Positions 49,380 to 61,079 of a stretch of DNA of 61,422 nt are shown piece by piece. Numbering within the stretch: position 1 is the stretch's first letter; every line of letters starts with the position of its first letter. The notes below the pieces were generated by a model. That model was given only the letters and a program-made list of their open reading frames with translations. It searched no databases and had not been told where the DNA came from. The translations under genes were made by a program, and so were the position numbers. Source of the stretch: Octopus bimaculoides (Eukaryota); the NCBI RefSeq assembly GCF_001194135.2, contig NC_068981.1, positions 107,964,470 through 108,025,891 on the forward strand. The letters run 5' to 3'.

Positions 49380-50030
49380 AACATCTTTTAACTATCAAGT
49401 CTGTATACATGTGGCAGATAATATCACAAGGCTTAGAAAGCAGCTACTTGAGAAATATTCCTTATCTCATAATTTTTAATGCATGCCCAAAGAAGCTGCA
49501 TGACTCTCTATTAGCATATAATCAGATACAAGGATGTGTGCAGATGACCAAGCATGGTTATGTTAGAAGAAAACTCCAGGATGACAACATTATAATCAAA
49601 ACAATCTTGGACCAACAACTGCATCACTAACTCTTATTTTGATAGGTATGCATTTGCAATACAGGAACAGGAAGTAGCTTCCAAATTCCTGATGCACAGA
49701 AGGGACAGAGATGCAAGAAAAGCACCTAAATGTGATAACTAATGCAAACTTTGTAGAGTTTTACACATCATCACATCATAAGCAGTTGTCCAAAAATGTC
49801 ATCACATTATCTTCCATTGAGACTATTGAGAAATTTACAGATAATTCACCCAGACTACAAGTTTAGATTTATACCTGTGATTATCAGAGTACTTGGATAT
49901 GTAACCAGCTGCATCACCATCAGTCACAAGGGATAGGGTTCCCAAAACCAGAGAAGAGAAAGCTAATTAAAAGACTACAGTTACAAGCCATGAATGGAAT
50001 TGTAAAACATGTAAAACTTACTAAAAGTTT
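49380..50030 (+). mobile_element. Old RLE-type (R4-like) non-LTR 3' relic
   Basis: LQIIHPDYKFRFIPVIIRVLGYVT...GFPKPEKRKLIKRLQ.QA.NG.VK. Confidence 0.5.
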
Positions 50031-50079
50031 AGCATATAAGTACATATGCATATGCCTATTCAGGCAACTATATTATCAT

Positions 50080-50300
50080 CAGCATCATTTAACGTCCATT
50101 TTCCATACAGGCATGGGTTGGATGGTTTGACAGGAGCTGAGAAGGCTGAGAGCCACACCAGGCTCCATTGTCTGTTTTGACATGGTTTCTATGGCTGGAT
50201 ACCCTTCCTAATGCCAACCACTTTACAAAGTGCACTGGTTGTTTTCTATGTGGTACCACCACCGACAGGGCCACAAAGTAACTTGCAGGACTAATAAAAC
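50080..50300 (-). mobile_element. RTE 3' UTR fragment
   Basis: catcatttaacgtccattttccat..cccttcctaatgccaacc; reverse complement of the 43860-44015 and 45960-46120 tail. Confidence 0.8.
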
Positions 50301-51327
50301 CCCTCAACTGGGAGTGGACAGTTGTATTGGTGGGTTGGTGAGGTATTGAGCCAGTTGATGAGAGATTAAAGATATACAGGTTTCTTGCAGTAGAGTAGAC
50401 ACATGGATACCTCAGTTGGAAGGGGAAGAGAGTGAGTTAGAAAGTAAGGTAAAGAGAGCAGGTGAGCCACAGAATAAGATAAAGAAAGCAGTGCACACAT
50501 AAGCAAAATCTATAGATCTGCACATACAGACATCAAATACTTGCACATATCCACACAACAATGCATAACTGCCCTGTAGATGTTGAAACTCCAGTGAAAG
50601 AGCCTTGTATCTAGCTTAGAAACTGGTTCTTTCTCCATTTGCAAGACATCTTCAAATAATGCTACATACATGCATATATTAGATAGATAATGCTACATAC
50701 ATACATATATTACATAGATGCATGCATGCATGGATAGCTAAACATGTACATTTCTACAAAGTGTTTCCATCAAATACAGAAATGGTGAAAGTACAGAAGC
50801 AAAAAATAGCTTCCAATGTCCAAGCAAGGGAACACACACACTGATGCACTGCTAATTATATTTGTAGATTTTCCTTTTTAGTTCGGTGGTGAGTCAGAAG
50901 AAATAGTTGTGCACTGACGTAAAGGCCTTAAAGTATTTGTAATAAGTCCTAAATCTAAGTTCATATTCCATCAAAGTCAACTTTAGTGTCATTCTTCTGG
51001 GGTCAATAAAATAAGTGCAATCAAATACTTAGATTAATCCAATCTTAATTAACAAAAACTTTTTGCTTTCGTTCACAAATGATAGTTTTCGTTATTACAA
51101 ATGACAAAATGTCGAGAGAGTTTTTGTTCTTGGTGTAGTTGTAGTGGTAGATTGTGGTTAGTTGCTTGTCAGTTACTTGTTCGTCCTCCAACTGTTCATT
51201 ATCTTTGTGTTGTCAGCTGCTGTCCGCTGTCTCTGTTGGTCAACTCTTACAGCAGCGTTTCTCAACAGGGGTTCCCCGGAACCTTAGAGTTCCGCGAGAA
51301 AGAGTGAGATAAGCTAATGCTAATTTT

Positions 51328-51521
51328 GGTAAATTTTCAGATTAACACCCGCACGATTTTCGCTAGGGATTTAGGGTTATAGTTTTAGGGCCAGGGTTAG
51401 GGTTTAGGGTTACGGTTAGGGTTAGGGATGGAATTCCCTAACAGTAACTGTAACCCTAACCCTAAAACCTAACCCTAACACCCTAGTGAAAATCGTGCGG
51501 GTGTTAATCTGAAAATTTACC
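51328..51521. mobile_element. 194-bp palindromic MITE containing telomeric repeats, 8-bp TSD (Merlin-type)
   Basis: Perfect TIR GGTAAATTTTCAGATTAACACCCGCACGATTTTC on both ends; (TTAGGG)n-GGAATTCC-(CCCTAA)n core; TSD ctaatttt / ctaatttc. Confidence 0.88.
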
Positions 51522-51747
51522 CTAATTTCATGATCTTAAAATTTCTATACTACTTGTACAAAATATTGGTACTATTCAAGAAGAGTAGTCCCAGTGCGCG
51601 CACTCGCGCATCCGCGCTAGCTAGTCATGACTAGTCAATCCTACAACGACTATCTAGCGTGAATGCGCGTATGCGCAAAACATGTATGAGGGGTTTTTTT
51701 AAAACAAAGTAAAACATTTTTTTTAAAACAAAGTAAATAATTTTTTT

Positions 51748-52125
51748 GACGATCTTTCGATACGAGTCGAGTTCGAAATATCGGCGTTTTCCATAAAAAG
51801 TGTCTTTGGCGATCTTTACCAAATATCAGCCTTTTCCATAAAAAGTGTTGGAGAGAAAGAGGGAAACGACGTCGTAAAAGCGAAAGAGATACAGAGAGCG
51901 CAATTTCTTTTGAAGGGTTTAGGGTTAGGGTTAGGGTTATGGTTTGAAGGGTTTAGGGTTTTAGGGTTAGGGAATTCCGTCCCTAACCGTAACCCCAAAC
52001 ACTAACCCTAACACCGTAGTGAAGATTGTGCGGGTGTTACGGAAAAGGCCGATCTTTGGTAAAGATCGTCGAAGACACTTTTTACGGAAAAGGCCGATAT
52101 TTCGGACTCGTATCGAAAGATCGCC
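51748..52125. mobile_element. 378-bp foldback MITE with roughly 90-100-bp repeat-structured TIRs and telomeric core, 8-bp TSD
   Basis: TIR G(A/G)CGATCTTTCGATACGAGTC..; arms 51748-51846 and 52038-52125; TTAGGG and CCCTAA arrays around GGAATTCC (51971); TSD attttttt on both sides. Confidence 0.85.
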
Positions 52126-52540
52126 ATTTTTTTTGTTGAATCTTCCCCATCTTACTCTTAAGACGTTTCTTTACGTTCTTCCAGGATGTATTTTGGTGTC
52201 ACATCTATTTCAGTAATCCCATTGTACGCACTCCAACAATCAGAATATATAGTCGTCCCTGGTTTGANNNNNNNNNNCACTCCAACAATCAGAATATATA
52301 GTCGTCCCTGGTTTGATAATTTTTTTAATAAGTGGTAGAAGAGTTTCAGAAGAACGGTCTAAAGACTAAAAACCTCTTTTTATCCTCCATTGTATTTGCG
52401 CTTGCACATCATAGATTCATCTATTTCTACAGTGTGCCTAAGTCCACCAATTTGGTAGGGGTTACGCAAAAGATAATTTCTTGTAATGTCCCTCATGTTC
52501 TGATACCATTGAACAACAGTAGATTTTGAAAGACTGACTT
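52126..52540 (-). mobile_element. Merlin (IS1595-like DDE) transposase relic, internally deleted
   Basis: TVVQWYQNMRD...IGGLRHTVEIDESMMCKRKYNGG; DRSSETLLPLIKKIIKPGTTIYSDCWSAY; SWKNVKKRLR. Confidence 0.88.
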
Positions 52541-53408
52541 ATTAATATTTCCGCTACACATTCATTCTATCATAAATGCGTACATTTGTATATGTTAGAA
52601 ATCCAGAATATTTCTCTGCTCATCACAGTGAATGTGTGTTCATTGTGTTTTAAACGATATTAACTACGGGACAAAATCGAAGATATGATCGAAATCTTTC
52701 ACACAATGAAACAAGTTCCAGTGTTACGCTTTAAACAACCTTAACTATGTACGAGATGGCAGATATAATTGAAATCTTTAACACACTGTAATATTGATAC
52801 ATCAAAATAGGGACAATTTATAAAACGTGGTATTTTCACAACCCTGCCAGTCTTCAATAATTTGCCTCACCTCTCATTTTTTTTTTATGTAACTATATTT
52901 GCACCTTCCTACATGCATTGAATCCTTGTCTCACGTTCCCTGCGTATGAATGGGTCCTAATAACAAACAAATGAGCGAATTATTATAATTATTACAAGGG
53001 TGTAACGATACAGAATCGGTAAATTGGTGTGAAAATGTTCAGTATTTAATATTGACTTTTTTTTTTTTAGTTCCCATCCTACCAAAATCAACGTCCATCA
53101 CATTACATGGAATACACGAAGTCAAATTGTAATATTTAGTTTCGTTTCAATTGCATGGATTTCTTTTCATTCTGTTGAGTATAATAACTGGAATATCATT
53201 TCAGTTGACACTACTATCATAAAAGCCCCCTCAACTACAAAAGACAGTAATTAAAAAAAACCGACTTGCTTTCAATCAGAAGGAATCATCACAGTTGTTA
53301 TAATTAGATATTTGGACAACACGAAATATAATTTGATTAATCCAGAATTAAAGAATATGTAATTCTGTGCACATAGAATAGTATCCCATCTAACATTGCG
53401 CTGAGATA

Positions 53409-53463
53409 ATGGCGGGTGAAAGACGTACTGGATTTACTGATACAGAAAAAACGGAAAATACTG
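53409..53463 (+). CDS. PRPF39: Candidate first coding exon of the PRPF39-like gene (MAGERRTGFTDTEKTENT-)
   Basis: ataATGG start context, open frame to G|gtaatt. The phase-1 donor matches the phase-1 acceptor at 58024. No homology support for the peptide. Confidence 0.45.
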
Positions 53464-54003
53464 GTAATTTTATTAATGAATACAACTTTATCTATGATTG
53501 AAGATAATTATCTAACTATACTTCGTTATTTTTTTACTATTTCAATGCGAATATGTTATTGATTGTGGTTTCCTTTGAATCTATACAGCATGTTACACTT
53601 CCTAAACAAGAGCATTAACATGTTTGTTTATTTTTTGAAATATTTCTTTAAAAAAAGTTCCTCTTGGAAATATATTTTACATGTAATCATTTTTAAACGA
53701 ATTGATAAGCAATGTAAAATACATAGCAAACTCCACCATGTTGAGCGTATTATTGGAAGCAGTAATTTTAATTATCTAGTTATTTACAATTAGATTTGAC
53801 CGACCAAGTATCTATCAACGACATTCTTGGATGTTTTCTTAGTTTGGTACGATAATTGGAAATATGAAAACTGGTCGGTCATATATTTTAAAACTCGTTT
53901 TGTTATTGTTAATTAACAAAGGTCATTAAATATCTATGGGTAAAAAATTGTAAAAATAACCGATAAATAAAATACCGTTAAATTGCCTAAATCGCTTATG
54001 AGC

Positions 54004-54013
54004 CAAGATGGCG
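54004..54013 (+). promoter_or_regulatory. YY1-type motif CAAGATGGCG near the predicted PRPF39 5' end
   Basis: Consensus match in a non-repeat region; could mark an alternative TSS. Confidence 0.35.
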
Positions 54014-57000
54014 CGAGAATATTCTCTTTTATCTATTAAACATCTGTGTTTTAGATAGGAATCATTAACCTATGTTAAACTTAATTCGTATCAGTGGATA
54101 CCGAACTGAATAGATATTTCTTATGTTCGTCAACTAACAATAAATTTGTATATCACCTCTTCTAGGAGGTGTACTTCTGCTGTTCTTCATGTCTTGCATA
54201 TTTAAAATAATTAGTAAACAAAATTTAATAATTTATTTTAACTCTGACCATCTTACTATTTCGTTTATCTTGTTTCTAGCATTATGGAATTTTTTATTTC
54301 TCCGATTTACAGTTTCTTGTAGGTTATCGTTTGAACTATTCATTGTTTATGTTTAAAACACTCACACACATAATCGGTCAGTTGTTCATAAGTCCGAAAA
54401 AAAAAAGCACTCTAAAATCTTTTGAGCAGTTATATTAACTACATTATATGTATATAATTTAAATAACATCTTGGGCGTTTGTCTCCATTTTCNNNNNNNN
54501 NNTGTGTGTGTGTGTATTGCACTAATAAGTTCAAGGTCTTCATTAATAAGTATTTTTTTTGCATCCTTTGTTTTCAGTATTTATTAAACTTGTTCTAAAT
54601 TGTGAGAAATACAGATAAACTTTCTAATTTTCTTTCGTGATTCCCATTGTCCACTGTTGCTTGGACATCACATCGAAAACATTACAAACTGAATAAAAAG
54701 AGTTGAACGTATGAAGAAAGAATTTTAAAAATGAAATTAATTAGGATAAGTTTTGTCTCAGTTAATAAATTGTTCGCGCTGTTTTAAGAATTTTTGTGTG
54801 TGTCTTATTTTCTAAAAATTAATGGTTTTTGTATAAATGTTTCTTCGATAGCTGAGTGAGAATATTGGAAAGGAATTCAACTTATTAACAGTAACGTATC
54901 TGACCGGTTTAAATGTCCATCTCTTGTACAAATTAACCTGAACAGATAATTTTTATGTTAAAACATTTTTTGACTTAAATGAAACAAAACACGAGTGGAC
55001 TGTTGCCAGCATAAATCAGTTATTTGTAGTTCATAAAATGGATCGAGCCTCCAACAACTCGTTTCTTTTTGTTACAATTCCATTCATAGCTTGGATACTT
55101 CGTAAGTTTATGAATTCCATTTGATTACTACGTTTAATCTCTCACAAAAACCATGTGCCCGTTGAAAATTAGTGTTGTCCTAAGTTTTACTTGGAAAAGT
55201 TTAGTTATTGGATATGATACATAAACACTATAATCTAAAGTTTTGTTGTTTTTTTAGTCAAGCAAAAACGAAAAGAAAAACAACTTTTAATTGCTATGAA
55301 TATCAGGATCTTAATATATTTCATTCTAATTAAAAAGTAAAATAAATTTCAAAATTTCGCGACGGACTTTTAGAATAGCTGTCACAAATAACATGGAATT
55401 TTTTTCCGATATCTTTCGGCATTTCATAATAACCCGCATTCTGAAACACGTAATTAGCATTTAGAAAGTTTTTTTTTCTTCTTCAAAATCCATGGTTTAA
55501 AAATTTTTTTATTCCTCCACTTGCTCATTCATCGAGCCTTCGATAAAGCTGCCACGTTTGAAATAATTTTTTATGGTGTTTTTCATAATTAATACTACAA
55601 ATTCTGAAGCCTTGTAATTCGCGTGTTTGAAAAAATTCCTTTAAAAAATCCATGCTTTTTTTTTTTTTTTAATTAGCCCATCTCCTCCCCCACCCATATG
55701 ATGCAAATTAAATCAAGCTACTCGTTGGTCGCTGGAGCTACGATTTACACAAGTGGATGTGTAAGAAACAAAATTGGAATTTTGAATGCAGTATCTGAGA
55801 GGCTAACTTTAGTTTGGAATGTATAGAATATTTCTAATTGGGAAGAGAAGTATTATGGGACAAGCAATTTTGCTTTGCCCCGCTACCTAACAAGTTAGCT
55901 GCAGCACCTTTTTTTTTTTTTTTAAACTAGAACGGTAATTTGTTTCTATTTTCTCTACGTTTTTTAATTAAATATTTCTTTCTTGCGGGGTTGAGAGCTA
56001 TTGATGCCCTAAACTGATCGCTAGTGACATAAAAGATAACCGATCCACATGTCTGAGACATGAAAAAGCGGCATGTAAAAGTTCAATTTGATATGAATTT
56101 TGTCGATTCCTATCTTTTTTTTTGTTTACAGATTTAAAAGTATAAATATGAAAAGTAACGCTACCGTGGATCGTTGAAGTTCGCCTACACACACACACAT
56201 ATACATACATACATACATATATATATATATGGGGGTACAAAAAAAAGGCATTCCATCGATATAACCTTCGATAAATGTACAGTTTAGTTCAACTGCTATT
56301 TTTAGCATCTTCATAAAGTCATTTAGTTTTCGTGTCGTGTAGAAAAAGATTTACAGAACGGCAAAAGTGAGAGAGAAAAAAATGAGAAAAGTGACAAAAA
56401 GTGGTGGAGGAGGGGGGCGTACGAAAGATAAAAAAAATGGAATTTTGAAGGGNNNNNNNNNNNNNNNNNNNNNNNNNNNNNNNNNNNNNNNNNNNNNNNN
56501 NNNNNNNNNNNNNNNNNNNNNNNNNNNNNNNNNNNNNNNNNNNNNNNNNNNNNNNNNNNNNNNNNNNNNNNNNNNNNNNNNNNNNNNNNNNNNNNNNNNN
56601 NNNNNNNNNNNNNNNNNNNNNNNNNNNNNNNNNNNNNNNNNNNNNNNNNNNNNNNNNNNNNNNNNNNNNNNNNNNNNNNNNNNNNNNNNNNNNNNNNNNN
56701 NNNNNNNNNNNNNNNNNNNNNNNNNNNNNNNNNNNNNNNNNNNNNNNNNNNNNNNNNNNNNNNNNNNNNNNNNNNNNNNNNNNNNNNNNNNNNNNNNNNN
56801 NATATTTATCCTTAGAATCATAAAGAGCAGAAATGCAACAAAAAATTTAGAATATCTCTGTTAAATGAAAGAGGATCACAGAAAAATGGCACATGAAATT
56901 AACGAAGCTCAACTAAATAAAAAAATTCAACAAAATATTCTCTGTAGCTGCTTCACGATCTGCTGAAGTGTCTGTCTTCTTCCTGATGTATTTATGCACC

Positions 57001-58023
57001 ATGCAGTTAAAGAGAGATTATTGAAATTAATCATTACTCAGTCTACCCCACTTTCGACATAATATTTTTTTTAAATTATCAAATTAGACATTAGTGTGGG
57101 GGAAAAAAATTGACAACAACAATTGTACCGACCAATTCCACTCCAAAATGATGCAACAGTACAAAAAAATGATTGCAATAATTTCAGAGAAAATAAAAAA
57201 TAAGAAGGTATTCCTTTTACCCCACTTACCCATCCCCCACCTCCATTTTTTTTTTAATGTGAATTGCATTTGTTTTAGAATGTGAGGATATAAAATGGGG
57301 AAAATACTGGGGGAGAAAGAGAAGTTTCATTTTATTTGTGACAGCTTGGACAATTTGGCAATATATTATATAAATTCTGGACAATGCTTCATTATATGAT
57401 CCTGAGTGAAATTACTGATCCAGCATAGATCATAATTTATCTGAAATTCATGAAGTAAATTGTTTTTGAAATGAAATACGTGATACAACCTTATGTAACA
57501 ACATAAGTGTAAATCTTATTTCATAAAATAATTTTATTATTCTTTAATTATGAATTAAAATTATAAGAATTAAGTAGGATTTGGTGGTATTTTATACAGT
57601 GACTTAGGCAATGTGTGGTGAGTCTCAAAATGTATTTGTTTATTACACCAAACCACTGAACTATGAATTAATTTCAAGGATGCAAGAAAGTTAATTGTAC
57701 TTTCAATGTTAATACAAATATCTCATATGACATAATTCCTTTCAGTCAGCTCATTGATGTTAATGTTCACAATTCTCACGATTGCTTGTTGTAAAAGGGT
57801 CAATCATTTTCTCTACACATAAATAATTACTAACAAACTGTTTTATTGATTTCTATGAACTTAGGTAATTTGATTTTCTGGATTGTAAAACGAAAAATCA
57901 CAAAGTTTTGTGTTTATATATATATATATTTATATAATGTGTGTGTGTGTATTCATTTTGAAAAATAAAATGCATTTCCTTGATGAGTTTGAAATGTGCT
58001 AACAAAAATTTATTTCTCTCAAG

Positions 58024-58133
58024 AAAAAGATGACAAAAAGGAAACTGAACTTGAAAAATATTGGAAAGCTGTGAAAGATAACCCAGCTGATTTTACTGGC
58101 TGGACTTACCTTCTTCAGTATGTTGAGCAAGAG
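58024..58133 (+). CDS. PRPF39: Internal coding exon of pre-mRNA-processing factor 39 (U1 snRNP HAT-repeat protein); the gene continues beyond the window
   Basis: ttctctcaag| [36 protein letters not shown] |gtaagc, matching the N-terminal PRPF39 motif [27 protein letters not shown]. Confidence 0.93.
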
Positions 58134-58554
58134 GTAAGCGGCTATATTTTTTTTTAGTTATAGTTTTATATTTTTAGCCTTGTTTTCTTAAATCTTCCAT
58201 TGACAGCTACCTGATTCACTAATTGAACTTTTATTCCATAAGCCAACAAAGAAGCCTCTAATTATTTCACTTATCAAAATTAATAGCGAAATTTCCTTCG
58301 AACCACACCCTACTGTTTTAAGAAAAAGATATTAGATAATGTGGTCCTTTCATCATCATCATCATCATCATTTTAACATCCACTTTTCCATGCTTGCATG
58401 GGTCAAATAGCATTTACTGAGGTAGATTTTTTTTTTTATGGCCAGACATGTTTTTGCAGAATATTTGAAATGAATGATACTTCTTGTATGACAGTGACAA
58501 CCATTTATTGCACTGTCAAAATAAGATCATACATACTTACATATATTCTTTTAT

Positions 58555-58905
58555 TCTTTTACTAATTTCAGTCATCTGACTGAGGCCATGCTGGAGCACT
58601 GCTTTAAAGGGTTTTGATCAAAGAAATCGACCCCAGAATTTATTCTTTGTAAGCCTGGTACTTATTGTATTGGTTTCTTTTGCCAAATCACTAAGCTATG
58701 GGGATGTAAACACATCAATATTTGTTGTGAAGCAATGGTGGAGGCACAAATACAGACACAAACTTATGCACACATACATATGATGGGCTTCTTTCAATTT
58801 CTGTCTACCAAATCCATTCACTTGGCTTAGGTCAGTCTGAGGGTATAGAAGACACTTGCCGTATGCACCTCACAGTAAGACTGATCCTGACACCATGTGA
58901 TTCAG
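58555..58905 (-). mobile_element. Dominant-family SINE in a PRPF39 intron
   Basis: tttcagtcatctgactgaggccatgctggagcac ... tctaccaaatccattc..gaagacacttgcc. Confidence 0.85.
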
Positions 58906-59554
58906 AAGCAAGGAACTCAACTAGAAGATCTTCAATTTCAGATCTGTTTAATCTGGTCTCCTTGGCCTAAACAATGACTTACATTCTACTGTGCCAACAA
59001 GTTATTAAGTTGCTTAATTTTCTAAAAATAGCAACGTTTTTCTCATTACACCATTTCACCTTAAAAGAGAAAGATACATTTGATAATATCATTTTAGGTG
59101 TCAAAATAAAAAAAAAAATACAACATAGCAGGAAGTATATAGTGTAGATATTATATCTGGAAAAGGAAAAAAAAAAGGATGGTCTTGGCTAGAATGTCTG
59201 CTCAAACATTTCAATTCTAAATATATTTTGAAACAGTAGAGCTCATTTGGAGAGGTTATATTTCATGCCTTTAAGTTATTGTTTTCTTTTGATAAAAATT
59301 AAATTTTAAGCCCATCATTGGCATTGTTTGACACATTTTCACTCATTTCAATTTTTAACATTGGTAAATATACATTGACTTGTCACTTGATAAGAATCAT
59401 TCAAAATGTCTATTTTCCTCACTGCTATTTTTTTTTAAACCAGGAAGTATTCTATTAGAATTGGTAACCTAGCAACCTTCTATCATATAATCTGTTATGT
59501 TTATGTTATTCTTTATCAAACTGATTTTCATACATTATTTACATTGGACAAATA

Positions 59555-59670
59555 TGTGTCCTCATCTTGTTTGTTGTTTTTGCTGATGTTATTATTTATT
59601 CAAGGCACTGCCTGGTATTGAACTTGCAATCTTGGAGTTAGTAGCCTGCGCTATATGCCCATGGGCAATT
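59555..59670 (-). mobile_element. Internally deleted copy of the hammerhead-motif SINE (head joined to tail, ribozyme segment absent)
   Basis: tgtcctcatcttgtttgttg..ttattcaaggcactgcctgg..gttagtagcctgcgct. Confidence 0.7.
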
Positions 59671-59774
59671 ATAGAGTGAATTTTATGGCTTATAAACCTA
59701 ATATTTTTGTATCCTTCCTTAATACTACTCATATCTGCACTAGGTCTGCTTAGGGGGTTATTGTGTCCTAGCAT

Positions 59775-60560
59775 ATGTGCTGCCTCTTTTAGTTTTCATA
59801 TTTTCCATTGGTGTTCTCTGTCTATTATTTTAACTTCATCCCACAGGGGAAGGTGGTCTTCACTTTTCCATACATGATCAGTATCTTGTGTCACAGCTTT
59901 ACGAGGTTTTTCAGCATCTTGTGTCACAGCTTTACGAGGTTCCTCTACCCTTACTTTGAGTGGGCGGCATGTTTTGCCTTTGTATAACTTACCACAACTG
60001 CATGGGATGGAGTACACACAGTCTTTGGTCATATTCTCTTCTATTGGTGGTTTTACTCAAAGGAGATATTTGTGAAGTGTTGTATTACTCTTGAATACTG
60101 TCCTGATGTCATATGGACCACATATCTTTTGTATCTTTTCGGAGAGGCCTTTCACATAGGGTAGACAGACTGTGGTCAGTTTATGGGTTTCATCCTCTCT
60201 CCTCTTAATTGGAGTGAGTAGTATGTTTTTTGGGTAGTTGTTCCTTAATAGATTGTTACTGAGCTTGATCATTTCTTCATGGTGTGTATCAGAATCACTA
60301 CTTATATTCATTGCTTGATGTTTTAGGCACTGAGCAATCCCGCTCTTTACACTGTATGGACAGTGGAAATTGAAGTTGAGGTATTGTCCAGTGAAGGTTG
60401 TCTAGTGGTATACGGATGTCCTGAACTCATGCTTAGTGCATGTTATTAATACATCCAGGAATGCTAGCTGATTGTCTTTTTCCTTTTCCATTGTTAACTG
60501 TATGGATGGCTTTATTGAGTTCACATGATCTAGCTGTACTTGGATATCTTTATTAGTAAA
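59775..60560 (-). mobile_element. Penelope-like element fragment (RT thumb plus GIY-YIG)
   Basis: IQLTMEKEKDNQLAFLDV; VCLPYVKGLSEKIQKICGPYDIRTVFKS; DCVYSIPC.CGK.YKGKT.RPL..RV.E. Confidence 0.88.
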
Positions 60561-61079
60561 ACTGCCAGTAGAAGAGAATATGTTATTTTATCAATATAAT
60601 CTCATTTTCTTAAATTATTCATTCTCCACATTCAGCAGTCTTTCAAAATGGCATTTCCAAACCTCTTTCTTTGCAGAATCATTAAATGCAAGTGCACCAT
60701 CATCTATGCAGACACATTTTCTCTCCTATGACATCATAATTTTCTCTCACACACTGTCTTGCAATCCAAAACACTTTAAGTCCAACTACTCCGGGAATGT
60801 AGTGGGTGCTTTTACATGCGACCAGCACAAGGGCCAGTAAGGTGATTCTGGCAACAATCGTGCTCGAATGGTGCTTTTTACATGCCACTGGCATGCGAAC
60901 CAATCAGCGGCCCTGGCAATGATTACGCTCGGATGGTGCTTTTAATGTTCCATCTGAGCGTAATCATTGCCAGGGCCGCTAATTGGCTCCCGTGCCGGTG
61001 GTATATATATATGTATGAAATTGACTATATATATATATATCTATATATATATATACATATATATATGTATGTATGTATA

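Noticed and set aside
51328-52125. Head-to-head TTAGGG/CCCTAA arrays as an ancestral chromosome fusion site or true telomere
   Set aside because: The arrays are short and degenerate, enclosed by TIRs with TSDs, and recur at several loci, which fits transposon cargo.
52227-52317. Direct duplication of about 39 bp around a 10-N gap; the same pattern occurs at 41485-41592
   Set aside because: Identical sequence on both sides of a fixed-size gap is a contig-overlap scaffolding artefact.
55690-56070. Box C/D snoRNA candidates in the PRPF39 intron (human PRPF39 hosts SNORD127)
   Set aside because: The C boxes are imperfect (ATGATGC, TTGATGC), terminal stems are weak, and I could not recognise an rRNA-complementary guide. 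A snoscan or Infernal run would settle it.
59881-59942. 33-bp tandem duplication in the Penelope GIY-YIG region
   Set aside because: A local slippage event in a dead element, with no sign of function.
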